In this document: positions 23,508 through 36,479 of the stretch, in pieces
Layout of the letters: each line of letters opens with the position of its first letter
How positions within the stretch are numbered: position 1 is the first letter of the stretch
NCBI RefSeq assembly: GCF_006345805.1
Contig: NC_043002.1
Coordinates: 76,136,001-76,200,000 of the forward strand
DNA from: Octopus sinensis
Taxonomy: Eukaryota
Direction of reading: 5' to 3'
Length of the DNA stretch: 64,000 nucleotides
Translations under genes and position numbers: made by a program
The notes under the pieces: model-generated
The model's input: only the letters and a program-made list of their open reading frames with translations
Database searches by the model: none
What the model was told of the DNA's origin: nothing

Positions 23508-24120
23508 CATTCTATGTTTGACTTTTGCTTTATGTATGTACAAGTTGGCTCCAAGTCTCACCCAGAGACCTCAAGAGATAACAGGTTGGAAGTTCACGTT
23601 GTTGTTATGCCTAGCGTGCCATATATTTGGGGGTTTTTTGGTGTTGTACTAGTGAATGTCTAGTACATAAATTAAAAAGAAAAAAAAGTTTGTTTTAAAC
23701 CTTGGAATTACATAGAGAGTATTTTGCGTAGGATATGAGCAGTTCCCATGAGCACTATCTTTTGAATTTCTGCCATTTTGGGGTTTCCTGTTATCTGAGT
23801 TAGGTAGCAATCAGCCCCTTTCGCTATCATTCCCAGGGCACCTATGACAACAGGTATTATTTTAGTCTTCAGGTTCCACATTTTGCTGATTTCCATTTCA
23901 AGATCTTTATATTTGCTCTATTTTTGGTAGGTCTTGACAGATACGTTTATATCGATTGGGACAGTCATATCAATGAGGAGGCATGTTCTTTGTCTGAAGT
24001 CTTTCAATATGATGTCTGACCTATTTGCATCTATCTTTCTGTCAGTTTGAATGGTGAAGTTCCAGACGAGAGGGATGTGGTCATTTTCAAGCACTGGAGG
24101 TGGATTGTGTTCCCACCAGT
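23508..24120 (-). mobile_element. R4/Dong-clade 3' fragment: restriction-like endonuclease domain plus 3' UTR ending in (AAT)n
   Basis: Translates as WNFTIQTDRKIDANRSDIILKDFRQRTCLLIDMTVP...KYKDLEMEISKMWNLKTKIIPVVIGALG...QKIVLMGTAHILRKIL. It is flanked by AAT tracts on both sides (23352-23507 and 24121-24236). Confidence 0.85.
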
Positions 24121-24161
24121 TATTATTATCATTAATATTATTATTATTATTATTATTATTA

Positions 24162-24216
<55 letters not shown>

Positions 24217-25246
24217 AATAATATTATTATTATTATACTGTGTACTAACTAACCAATGAAAGAAAAAACTAAACGGATTTTGAACCTGAAGAAATAGCAG
24301 ACTAAACTCTCTCAAATCACAACCTCCCATCTTAGACATGACAGTCACGCCCTGGATGCCTTTGATCGTGGGTTAGTACGATTAACTTTGACCTGGAATT
24401 AAACATGGACAATTAAAAAACAATAGCAGTGTTATAAAGAACTGCAGCGATCACATGACTTTGAGGTTAGTCTTTTAGTCATAAATAAAAATTTGCAGAG
24501 AGCCCCAATGACTCACTCTTCAATGGGAAAACTTCAAAAATAAATATGTCAGAAATATGAACAGATAAAAATATGCAAGTTAATCATTGGATTTTATAAG
24601 ACACCAGCTGTAACAGGTGTAACTTAACTGGATTAATAATTCTTAATCATGGCCATAAATGTCTTTGTGGAGTGGATATATAATCTCTTCATTCTTATTT
24701 TATTGACCTTAGGGAAATGAAAGGAAATACATCGGTGTTTGAACTAAACACATAGAATAACAAAAGCTATGCTATTTTCTTTCTAGTTTTCTACCGCGGT
24801 GACAATAATTATTTAAACAGCCCGTTATGCACTGGAAATTCATTTAAAAAAAAATTCCTGGCACTTTTCATATGGAAAGTTGTCTTCAAAAGAAAACTAT
24901 GTTTAACCCTTTGACAGCATAATTAAATTTCATGACCTTTCCCGTTATGATGTTAATTATCATCAAAAAACAGAATTTATATTTCTGCTTCTTCGATACT
25001 TTTCCACTATCTCTTGTCGGTACAGTTTTCATATCTATCACTATAAAAAAGTATTTGATTCTTGCATTTGATTCATCAAACATCCCTTTATAGAATAAAG
25101 GGATGTCTGATGAAATATGTGAAAAAAATTAAGAAATGATAAAGAATTGTCTTTTGTAAAAAGCTTCGCTTCTCGCAGAATAAGAAGTTTTTTCAAAATT
25201 GTGGGGTAAAACCACATTGTTCAGTTAACGGTAATAAAATTATTAA

Positions 25247-25480
25247 AGTCGGCGAGCAGGCAGAAACGTTAGCACGCCGGGCAAAATACTTACCGGTATT
25301 TCGTCTGTCGCTACGTTCTGAGTTCAAATTCCACCGAAGTCGACTTTGCCCTTCATCCTTTCGGGGTCGATTAAATAAGTACCAGTTACGCACTGGAGTC
25401 GATATAATCGACTTTATTCGTTTGTCTGTCCTTGTTTGTCCTCTCTGTGTTTAGCCCCTAGTGGGTAGTAAAGAAATAGG
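25247..25480 (+). mobile_element. SINE family B, full length, with target-site duplication
   Basis: Runs from ggcgagcaggcagaaacgttagcacgccggg to agtaaagaaatagg. The TSD ggtaataa(a/g)attatta is at 25230-25245 and 25479-25494. Confidence 0.9.
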
Positions 25481-28400
25481 TAATAAGATTATTATGAGCA
25501 GATATATCAACTTTCAAAGGGTGAGCAGTTTAAAATTTAAGAAACTTTTTAAGGCGGCCCAAACTTCAACTATGAATTGTGGATTTTCCAAAGATCATTT
25601 TTTTTAATCTACTGCTCACCAGTCGAAAAGCATTGATCTGTTGTTACTTTATTGTATTACACTCTTGGATGAGCAATATTTATATTTCTGGCAACACAAA
25701 TATTTCTGATATATTTGTTGATTTCTAACACATTTTTATCACTTAGTCAGAAGGAAATGTAGTACCCCTGACTCTTTTTCAGAGCCTCTTAGGCTTCAGA
25801 AGAGAAGGACGAAGGTATTCTCATATCAGATACCTGGTTCGATTGTTTGCAACAAAGTGGGCTCTACTAAATGCACCCAGAGTCTACGTGATGGTACTAA
25901 ACCGAGTGAAGTATTATGTTTATATACTCCCCAGTAGGCTACAACGAATTTTGGACTCGAATTGCGAAGTGACGGAACAAATACCGCAAAGCACCTCGTC
26001 TAAATATAAAATAATTCCATCACTGCTCTAGATCGATATTATATTTATTATATTTATCGACCAAATTGGAACTCAAGGACCCGGATTAAATACTCGAAGA
26101 CATTTTGATTGATACTCTCAAGCGTCTGTCAGTTCATCCTCTGCCCCCAGACCACGATTGTCTGGCTTTAATCGAGCGATTAAACTGGTACACATCCCTT
26201 TTTTGTGTTTACGTTTCGATCACCAGACACGTAAAAAGTAAAATCGACTCCAACCGGAACATTGGACAAGGGTCTTATTGGGACCTAACCAAATATTGCA
26301 ATCACCCAGCGCCTCTAGAACTCATTCCTGATGTCCAGATAAAAGTATTATTACATGCTCTCTGCACCAAAACTATCTCCTATTATTGCATTCAAGTATT
26401 AACAATTATTCTAGGAGTTGGTATTAGATAAACTAAATCGGGAAAACGGTTCTGTGAGTCTATATGACCCGGGAAGGATTTTTGTCAATGTGAAATTGAT
26501 TTTACGTCCTATATTGAATCAGATTATCATCTCTGAAATAAGTTTCAGCCGAGTCAATGGGAATATCTCTACACAGTCACTCGACCTGCCAGATACATCA
26601 AATAACTCTCGAATCGTATCCTATTGTCTTATAAAGATAAAATTTTGTTGGGTAATGTTGTTGTAGATACACAATATCAGATAAAATATTTACTGGGGTG
26701 AGAGTCTTTGATTATAGGTATGCTTTATCAGGTCTAACCTGGGACTAAACAACACCAACCATGTTCCAGCTCTTGAAATGCTTCCTGTAAATAATGTTGT
26801 GTCGCTGACGTATAGATATATATAAACGAGAATAGTTTTATTTATAAATCGTTATACATTGGATGAACAAAGAAAATAGAAACGATGGCTTGCATATTTT
26901 TCTTGATACTTTTCGGAAGATTCGAACATAAATATGCTAATCGCTGTTGTCTTCGTTACAGGAAAACAGATTCTCCCTTACGAAAACCACATGTTAATAA
27001 CATACTCGATGCATTAGTGTAAGGAGTTCTGGGACAACTAGTGTTCCGTCATCGTTGTATCTCGTCAGCCAGAAGCACATTCGGGTAACCTACGCCATTG
27101 AAAACGACAACGACGCGGAGGTTACAAATGTATGGAAGATGGATACGTTTTGCATACATTGAACTCATATTTTAATTTTACAATAGTAAATTATCGGAAT
27201 AAATACATTGCCGGTATCACAGAAACATCATCTTTGAACAATTGGTTGATTAAGTCTGGCATATTTCATAAACAGAAAAGAAAAATGAGTTGAGTTTCGT
27301 ATTTGTAAATAACCAAATTAAAATGGCGATCGGTATATTTCTAGCTTTTTGTTTTGCTTTGTTTTTCAGCTGGTAGGTACACTGTGTGTGATGGTTCGAC
27401 GGTGAATGTGTGCATGCTGTTAGTTATGTATTTAAATATATCTGTAGACTTTGGTTGTTTAACCGTACTTGTATATCTAAAATATTGCTAACATTTATTT
27501 TTACGGAAAAGGAAAACCAGATATTTGCTTAAAAGAAGAAAAACAGAAGACAAAAGACATTGTTAACATATTAGTAATTCAATATGCGTATATATGTGTG
27601 CGTGCACGGGCGCGCAAGGGTATGTATGTGCTTGTGTATCTACGTATGTCTATACATATGTGTGAGTATGTATGTGTGTGTAGGTGTCGATACATATAGT
27701 TGTAAGTGTAAGTGTTGATGTGCAAATACACACACATACATATTTATAATATATGTATGTATGTATACGTACTTCAGTGAAATTATCTACATATGTGTGT
27801 GTGTGTATGTGCATGTGTACACACATCATATCTATACTGAGTGTAGTATGTGTATGTATGTATACACGTACATATTTTCCCGTTAATGAGAGCATCAATC
27901 AAAGTTATTTAAGTGTGCAAGCAGTTCAGTTTAAAGCCCAAAGTAATTTCCAATTCTTTATGAAAATATTAGATTCTTTATGAATTAGTAAAACTATTGA
28001 GAAAGACATACCTATAACGTACTAAATTTTAACAAAATTTAAAAACTTAGAAATTAGAATATCGACGAAATACTATAATGCTTTGATTATGAGGCAAGTC
28101 TTATAAGGATCACGAAATAAATCACTCATCACAGCTTCGTACATTGAGAACTGTAAAAAAATTTTATGTATCAGAATTTGATAAGTATGTCTCATTTTGC
28201 TTTTTTATGTTTAACCCTACAGTCTCTTATATGGTGGTTTAATAAAGTATGTGATTGAGTATTATCTGGTAATTGATATTTGATTTAGATCTAGTTCTCC
28301 ATTTTCTTATCTTGTATTAGTAATTTGTGGTAAATCATTTTACCTTTGCCCATATAATACAGTAAATGAATTGATTGCATCGCAATCTTTAACATTTATG

Positions 28401-28486
28401 TATTAACTTTGTTGGCTACTTCACTAGCAGTATATTGGATATATGTTATCCCATGGAGGGTTGCATTTACAACCCCTATCTCAATT

Positions 28487-28527
<41 letters not shown>

Positions 28528-28560
28528 GTAAATATAATGTGACAATTATTCGGTAGTCAT

Positions 28561-28621
28561 GATAGAACTCCGAGTTTTGAATGTCGGAGTGGAAACCCAC
28601 GCCAGCATCTCTTCAGTTATC
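28561..28621 (-). ncRNA. Type I hammerhead motif (family P4) with a G12A change
   Basis: Reverse complement reads gataa-CTGAAGA-[long stem II]-AAA-ACT-cgg-AGT-T-ctatc. Confidence 0.55.
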
Positions 28622-28781
28622 GGGCCATCGAAAGAAATCAGTTGAGGACTCTGCCCCGCCAGAAGAATTTAATATGGACGCCTACTGCATCGATTATTCT
28701 GTGAAAAACATACCTGTACCATCAACGGAACTATACTCTAAGAAACTTTTGGAAAAAATTACAGATTTTTTTCGATAGCCC

Positions 28782-28842
28782 GATAACTGTAGAGAAGCGG
28801 GCGTGGGTTCCCGTCCCGACATACGAAACTCGGAGTTTTATC
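28782..28842 (+). ncRNA. Type I hammerhead motif (family P4) with an A6U change
   Basis: Reads GATAA-CTGTAGA-[cggg...ggg/ccc...cccg stem II]-GAA-ACT-cgg-AGT-T-TTATC, with a perfect 5-bp stem I. Confidence 0.6.
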
Positions 28843-28935
28843 ACTGAATAATTGTCACATATTATATTTACAGATAAATTCATCTATTTACATAATATCG
28901 AGCTCTCCATTCTTTTGTTGTCTTGCCATTTCTAT

Positions 28936-28990
<55 letters not shown>

Positions 28991-29181
28991 CATACACACA
29001 CACACATGGATCCCTAGCTCCTGCCTCGCCTGTGAGTTTGGAACCTAGCAGACGACTAATCATAGCACTTACGCACTGTACCTATTGGTTTTGATCATCA
29101 GTGAACTAAACCGTCATATTCTGTATACATGTGTGAGTGTATACACAATATATGTGTATGTACATATATATGTGTATATAT

Positions 29182-29259
<78 letters not shown>

Positions 29260-29938
29260 CCTATATATATAGGCTAATATGTATATACATATATATGTAT
29301 AAACATAGGCGCAGGAGTGGCTGTGTGGTAAGTAGCTCGCTTACTTCACTACAGAAGAGTTCGCGTTTTTTCACGCTGATTGAAAGTCACGTCGCTTGAC
29401 GTGGAATATTGAAAAATCGAAGCACGACTACAGGCAAGGCGTTTGTTTTGTTTTTTGTTTTTGTTTTTTTTGGGGGGGGTGGGGAAGCTTAGTGGAGTCC
29501 GTTGTTCTGTAATTAATAATTTTTGTTGAGCAAGGGTTTCCACTGGGTTCCAGACATTTGCCTGTCTGTAGTCGTGCAAAAAGACTCACTTTGTAGTGAG
29601 AATTGTGTTTTCTCTGTTTTTGAGGGGGCATATCACCTCCGAAAATTTATGATTTTATGTGACTGTGTGCACTTCGTGGATTTTACCAGTTGGAGTACAA
29701 CCAGAATTTTACCATTTGGAGTACAACCAGGAATTTTTTGCTGCTATTTTTGTGCTGCAAGGGATTTTTAACTGTACGACAAAGGATTACCAGAGTTGAA
29801 TTTTGTTGTCATATGAACTGTCTTCCTTCGTTCTTTTTCTCTTGTCTGTCTTTCTGCTCTTTTTGTGTTTGCATTAAGACTTTTATTTGAACATTTTTGA
29901 TTTTGTTGTGTACTTTTATATTTTAGTTTATTTTATCA

Positions 29939-30180
29939 ATGGCAACCAAATGTAAGAAAGCCTTGGAGTGGCAAATTGTGGCCTCCAAGGAACGGTTAAA
30001 AAAACTATGATGAGAGAACGGTGGTGTTGCGGACTTATTGCAAGGTCCGCGACACCATCTGTGTATTCCTACAGAGTGAAATTGAAGAAGAGTTGGAGGG
30101 ATTTGTGCCAACTTATAGGTTCATCCGTAGGGGTGCAAAGTACGCAACGGTGTGCGTGCTTTTCGACACCCCTACGGACG
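29939..30180 (+). pseudogene. Possible LINE ORF1 N-terminal remnant
   Basis: ATG at 29939 followed by a frameshifted coding-like stretch (ERTVVLRTYCKVRDTICVFLQSEIEEELEGFVPTYRFIRRGAKYATVCVLFDTP). It is cut off by a SINE. The family assignment is inference. Confidence 0.3.
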
Positions 30181-30426
30181 TCAAACGATGTTGGGGGAGG
30201 AACAAACACAGACACAAACACACACACATACACACACGCACACACACACATATATAAATAAGTAAATAAATATATATATACGACAGGCTTCTTTCAGCTT
30301 CTGTCTACCAAATCCACTCACAAGGCTTTGGTCGACTCGAGGCTAGAGTAGAAAACAATTGCTCAAGGTGCCACGCAGTGAAACTGAACCATGTGGTTGG
30401 TAAGCACACAGCCACTCATACGCCTC
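30180..30426 (-). mobile_element. SINE family A, 5' half
   Basis: Reverse complement contains gagtggctgtgtg, ggttcagtttcactgcgtggcaccttgagcaa and ccttgtgagtggatttggtagacag. Confidence 0.8.
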
Positions 30427-31449
30427 TGTAAAAAATATTTTATGTAAAGTAAAAAGGAATGTGGAGATCATTTATAATAAAAAAAATTATTATAATCGTT
30501 TCCTGAATCACCTCCACACGCACTAAGCTCGTGCACACCATCACTTGTAGACGCGGTCGCCGATTCACAAGCACTTGTAGACAGACTTGCAGGTTTCTTT
30601 TTAAAAAACATGTCTAGAGTTGTTTGCTTAAAAGGAGCTTTTGCGCTCTATAAATTTCCCGGTAATACACAGGGGCATTTGTTATAGTTGTAGAAATTTT
30701 TGCACTTCGTTTAAATTTTGGATCTTGTGCTTCTACCTTTTTCATATTTATTACAAAATAAAACTCGTAAGGAGGTGTACACTTAGCAGAAAGATTTCAA
30801 CGAGGACTCATCACATTAAACATAGCATAAAATATTTATTGTGTTCGGGGTCTTCACCAGGAATTGTCTACACCAATTGCTAAAAGATGAAAGGAATATT
30901 TCGGAAATGTATATGCCTGACAAGTGATTTTATTTAAGACTAGGCATTGAAACTAAAACAGTTAGAGCGTAGAAGATTCGTATTCGCCATTCAAAAACAC
31001 ATAGAGACTGCAGTGGAGTCGTGTCAGTGACCAGGTCGCAGTAAGTGCGACGAAAATTTTAGCATCAAATAATGTTTCGGTGAAGCTAAGAATCTTTGTG
31101 TGTTTTTGAATGAGTGATATGGGTCTTTCGCGCGCTGTAATTGTTTTAAAATAAACATACGAAATAAAGTATGAACAGTAAAAAAACTTAAAATAAGAAA
31201 TAAAGGCCCAGCGAGATTATCTCTTACGTCAAAATTCTTCTCTATAATAACTGTAATAAGAAGTCTGATGCAACGGTATTAAACAAGGAGGCTGGTTGAC
31301 CAGACAGAGAATTAAAACAGAACGAAATCGCTGTGTTGCAGTTGTATAATATCTATTATAATGTGCTGACTATACTGGTTTTGATTATATGGAATTAAGT
31401 GGTGTAACTGAGAGCTAACGGATAATTCAGCAGACCCAAACAAATATAA

Positions 31450-31725
31450 TAATGATGATGATGATGATGATAACGACGACGATGGTGATGATGATGATAA
31501 TGATGATCATGATGATCATGACGACGACGACGACTGCTGTGATAGGGATGACGGTGATGATGATAAAGATGATGCCGACGACGACGACGATGATGATGAT
31601 GATGAGGAGGAGGAGGAGGAGGAGGAGGATAAAGTTGATGACGATGATGATGATGATGACGACGAAGATAATGATGATAATGAAGATGATAATGATGATA
31701 ATGATGATAACGAAGATGATAACAA
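31450..31725. repeat. Compound (ATG/ACG/AGG)n trinucleotide array
   Basis: Directly visible in the sequence. Confidence 0.9.
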
Positions 31726-31733
31726 AATAAATA

Positions 31734-31845
31734 GTAGCTGTGTGGTAAGTAGCTTGGTTACCAACCACATGGTTCCGGGTTCAGTCCCACTGCGTGGCAC
31801 CTCGGGCAAGTGTCTTCTACAATAGCCTCGGGTCGACCAAAGCCT
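31734..31845 (+). mobile_element. SINE family A head, 3'-truncated
   Basis: Reads gctgtgtggtaagtagcttggttaccaaccacatggttccgggttcagtcccactgcgtggcacctcgggcaagtgtcttctac, with Pol III A-box-like and B-box-like motifs. Confidence 0.85.
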
Positions 31846-32571
31846 ATATATATAACAAAGTAAAGGTGTAAGATACTGCACGAGTGGAAATATATATGAA
31901 AGAAGGTTTGAAAATGTAATTTAAAGATGTTTATTCTCTTGACAGGTTTCATTTCTTTGGAAAGAGATTGTCAAAAGTAAAATGTAAAGTTTTGTATAAG
32001 CTTTGTTGTATTAAGTACTAGTTGTCACAAAAGTATTAAAATACATTTATATATATTCTTTAATAATAAGAAGAAAATGTTAAAAACCGTTTACAAGAAA
32101 GTATTTAAGAAAATATTGAACAGATTATTAGGAGTTCAATAAAAATTTTGTTTGTTTGGTACTATATCTATACACAGAAGAAGATATATTTAAGAATTTA
32201 TAAAAAATTGCAGAGGAACCAACCTGTCTTTTGGGCATTTTTTTCTGTCATGTGTGTATGTGTGTGTGCGTGCTCACACATGCACGCACATAGGCGTTTA
32301 TATTTTTAATTTTAGGCACTGATAATTTGAAATACAGTGTAATGCCCATAGTTTTTATGAATTTGTATTTTTCCTGTTCTACCAGATAATACAAGGACTG
32401 AGAAACTATAATTTCTAAGTAATAATTCGTATATCAGATTATATATATATTATTCATTTACAGTTATGCATATTGCGATATATTCATTACATTAACGATT
32501 AAACGATATATAAACAAGAAATACGAATAGACGGATATTTTGAAGGCATATTAACACTTTGTCGTAATTAT

Positions 32572-32622
<51 letters not shown>

Positions 32623-32636
<14 letters not shown>

Positions 32637-32767
32637 GTGTGTGTGTGTAACTGTTTTACATAAGGAGAGAAAGCAAGGGGTAGACAATTATAAGTAGTTA
32701 GACAGACAGAATGACAGACACAAATAACAAGCAGATAGATAGATTGATAAATAGATAGATAAGTAAG

Positions 32768-32862
<95 letters not shown>

Positions 32863-32931
32863 AAAAGCTGATTGATAGATACATACATACATATGTACAT
32901 TTACATATATATATATATATACACACACACA

Positions 32932-32970
<39 letters not shown>

Positions 32971-33141
32971 GTGTGTGTGTGTGGTGTGTGTGTAACTGTT
33001 TTACATAAGGAGAGAAAGCAAGGGGTAGACAATTATAAGTAGTTAGACAGACAGAATGACAGACACAAATAACAAGCAGATAGATAGATTGATAAATAGA
33101 TAGATAAGTAAGTAGATAGATAGATAGATAGATAGATAGAT

Positions 33142-33209
<68 letters not shown>

Positions 33210-33290
33210 AAAAGCTGATTGATAGATACATACATACATATGTACATTTACATATATATATATATATACACACACACAAACACACATACA
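32623..33290. repeat. Tandem duplication with a period of about 345 bp
   Basis: The unique block taactgttttacataaggagagaaagcaaggggtagacaatt is identical at 32648 and 32993, and each unit contains a (GATA)n tract. Confidence 0.9.
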
Positions 33291-34588
33291 CAGGGTGCCG
33301 TAAAAAAGTGTCGTCTAAATAACGCAAAAATGAAAATAACACGGACATCTCAATTTAACAGATATATTTACCAAAATAACATAAGAATATCTTGAAATAC
33401 TAAAGAATAAATTTATTTAATATAATCACCATTGGCTTCAACCCCGGCCTCCAGAAGACTATGGAATGTCCTGCAACTCTTCTGAAAGGTCTCCTTGTTT
33501 AAATTGGTGAATGCTGCCATAATCATTGCGTTCAGTTCATCTATGGTGTTAAAAGGATTTTTCTTGGACTCGCGCCGCTCAACTGTGCCCCACACATAAT
33601 AACGAAGAGTTTGCAGGCTGGGGAGTGAGGTGACCAGATGTTAGTAGAAATGTCGTCGCAGAAATTGTCTGACAGCAATGACTGGGTTCCCCTGCTTGTG
33701 TGACATGGTGCAGACTCCTTTTGACAGACATAGGGTCTTCCTTGACCACCTTCTTCGCCCAGGGCAGCACTACCTCCCCCAGGCAGCTGATGTAGCCCCC
33801 ACCCCCGCGTCAAGTCTGAGGTCGTATGTGAAGATGAATGGAGGCATAACGCCGCCATCACTAGTGATAATTCCAAAGACCATAATGTTGACTGGATGTT
33901 TGATTTTTATCCCTTTTTGTACATGTTTTGCAGACACGGCTAGCCATCGGTTGTTCTGTGTGTTTCACCATTTGATCCTGACAAAAATTTTTCTCATCTG
34001 AGAAAAACCAAAGCATGTTCGGTTGATGTGGATGCTTGAGCTTGTTTAAAAGCTTTGTAGAGCGGTCTTTCCTCTTGTCTTTGATGGCTTGGTAAAAAAA
34101 TTGTCCCTCTCTCGTCTTGTATTAGGATTACCGAATGTCTTCATACACTACCTTGCATGATAGGAAACTCAGACACTCACATATTCCTGGCGATTGACCT
34201 GATTGACTTGGATGGATCGTTGTCAATCATGGCCTAAATTTACGAGTTCTTTTCTTATCAGAACTATCAGATTGAGGTTTCCGAGCTACCGTACCTTCGT
34301 AATCCCCATTAGATTCATCCAACTCTTTCTGAATTTTCTGCACTGTTCTCATATTGACACCCAAAGGTTCTGAACTGTCTGTATTGGATTTTCCGGCGCG
34401 AATACCAAGCAGTACAACATGGCGTTTCCAAATTTTTGGCAGAGTGAAGTGTGTCATGGTGCTGTCTCTCTCACAGACAGTGCCCAACTGACCCTATTAT
34501 ACTGTGTAGTCGATAAAAGGAAAAACAAACAATGCGCATGCGCGAAATATAAAGTATAAACTGGCGACAATTTACCTATCGCAACCTG
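33291..34588 (-). mobile_element. Decayed IS630-Tc1-mariner (Tc1/maT-like) DNA transposon
   Basis: Minus-strand remnants KHPVNIMVFGIITSDGGVMPPFIF, QKESAPCHTS, WSPHSP and MWGTVER, plus an N-terminal HTH-like VNMRTVQKIQKEL. The termini are degenerate (cagggtgccg.../...gcaacctg). Confidence 0.8.
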
Positions 34589-34651
34589 TGTGTATGTGTG
34601 TATATTATATATGGGAAAAATTTAATTTATATATATATGTGTGTGTGTATG

Positions 34652-34688
<37 letters not shown>

Positions 34689-35077
34689 CATACACTTATA
34701 CACACATACATAGAGGCACGCACACACATATGCACATATATATGTGTATATAATTGCACACAACCAGCAGCAGCAGTAGCAGCAGCAACAGCAGTAAATC
34801 ATTTGTTGTCATATTCGCTTAAACACTGAGTTTTAAATCTAATTTGTATTAGGATGAGATGTCGACATTAGTGGAATTTATAAATTGATCAGCTGTCAGT
34901 AGTGACCTATATCGAAAGTCTGTGGAAAAAGTAAGTAAATGGCTACAAAAGACAACCAGAAATATGAAGCGAAATATATACAAAAATACATACGATAAAT
35001 ACAATATATTCGCACAAACAATTCAATCTCTCTAGTAACAACAATATATACATTTTCTGTGTGCGTGATTGCGCATG

Positions 35078-35169
<92 letters not shown>

Positions 35170-35420
35170 GGCTTTTAAAGCAGAGACAAAGGAATATGAA
35201 TAGAAAAAGAAATTATTATTCTCTAATTCTGCTCTTCTAATCTCCTGTCTGCTGACCTTGTGGCAAATATAAAGATTATCATTGTTATTATTATTATAAT
35301 TATTATTATTGTTGTTGTTGTTGTTATTGTTATTGTTGTTGCTGTTAATAGCCATTATGTTGTCGTGATACGCTTTCTGCTACTGTTATTGTCATTGGTG
35401 TATGTGCGTGTGCATGTATG

Positions 35421-35459
<39 letters not shown>

Positions 35460-35504
35460 TTATGCATACATACGTATACATACATATATTACATCCATAT
35501 ATTC

Positions 35505-35582
<78 letters not shown>

Positions 35583-35859
35583 TGAACTCTAAATATATCT
35601 ATAGAACATCTCATTTAATGACTTATATAGATGGATGTAGGATTATTTTCTTGAATGTAACCTCTATTATTTTGTTGGCCTTTTATTTCTGGTCTACTTA
35701 GTGGATTTCTTATCTCAATGACTCGTTGTCTTTTGTTATATACGATCTCGTTAACTTCGGGTGTGAAGACCATTTATTTATATACATACATATTTATATA
35801 TATATACTTAAATGGGAGAGCAATACAACTGTAATAGCACTGTATGCATACTTAAGTTA

Positions 35860-36330
35860 TTTGGGAAACTTAGACAGCAGAGTTTACACAGCTTCGTTGT
35901 TCGTCCAACAATATGAAGGATGTCCATGACATCTTTGCCTTGCAACTGGCTACTTTAAACTTTTCATCTCCCTTTTTTCTGTTCAGAAACTGGGATATTT
36001 CCATAAGAAATTTCAGCAGCTATTTCTCTCAAACGCAAAGCTATCACATGACTCTGGATTCATGTCGATGTATTTTAACTGGACTTTGTAACTATACTTG
36101 TCGAACGTCCCCCTGCTCCAGTCAACTCATAGTAGGAAAGGTATTTTCTATCACATGTGCCATTCTGTCATTGTGGCCAGAAATCCGCAGTTGGGCGACG
36201 TATATGAAAATGTGGGCACTTGGCGATATTACGGAATTGTGAACCTCGGTGTTGGGGAGATTGCCCTGACAAAACACCATGCAGTATTTTGTGCCTATCG
36301 TTCATGTAGACATCTTAGTGGAGTATGCCT
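35860..36330 (-). mobile_element. RTE-clade LINE 3' remnant
   Basis: The degenerate translation KVQLKYIDMNPESCDSFAFERNSC resembles the RTE C-terminal LKxxLKxxxIxPxxWExxAxxRxxW block. Confidence 0.5.
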
Positions 36331-36479
36331 GTCGTAAGCAATCAAGGACTCAGTGGCAGAATTGGTAAAGCAATGACTCAGATTGATGTGAAGATTGGTC
36401 CTCTACTTCGCCAAATGTTCAGGCGTAGTCTACTGAAAGCGATTCATTAATTATCAAATAAAGCCAGAGATTTGTAAGT

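Larger units (their letters stand above)
28524..28875. mobile_element. Inverted repeat (about 115 bp arms) enclosing a Penelope-type ORF N-terminus
   Basis: 28524-28639 pairs with the reverse complement of 28764-28875. The spacer encodes MDAYCIDYSVKNIPVPSTELYSKKLLEK from 28674, which resembles the YSxKNIPxP start of PLE ORFs. The structure is flanked by (TA)n. Confidence 0.8.

Noticed and set aside
25843-26666. Three short adjacent + strand ORFs
   Set aside because: They have no recognisable domains, start at non-ATG codons in the track, and partly overlap degenerate repeat-like sequence.
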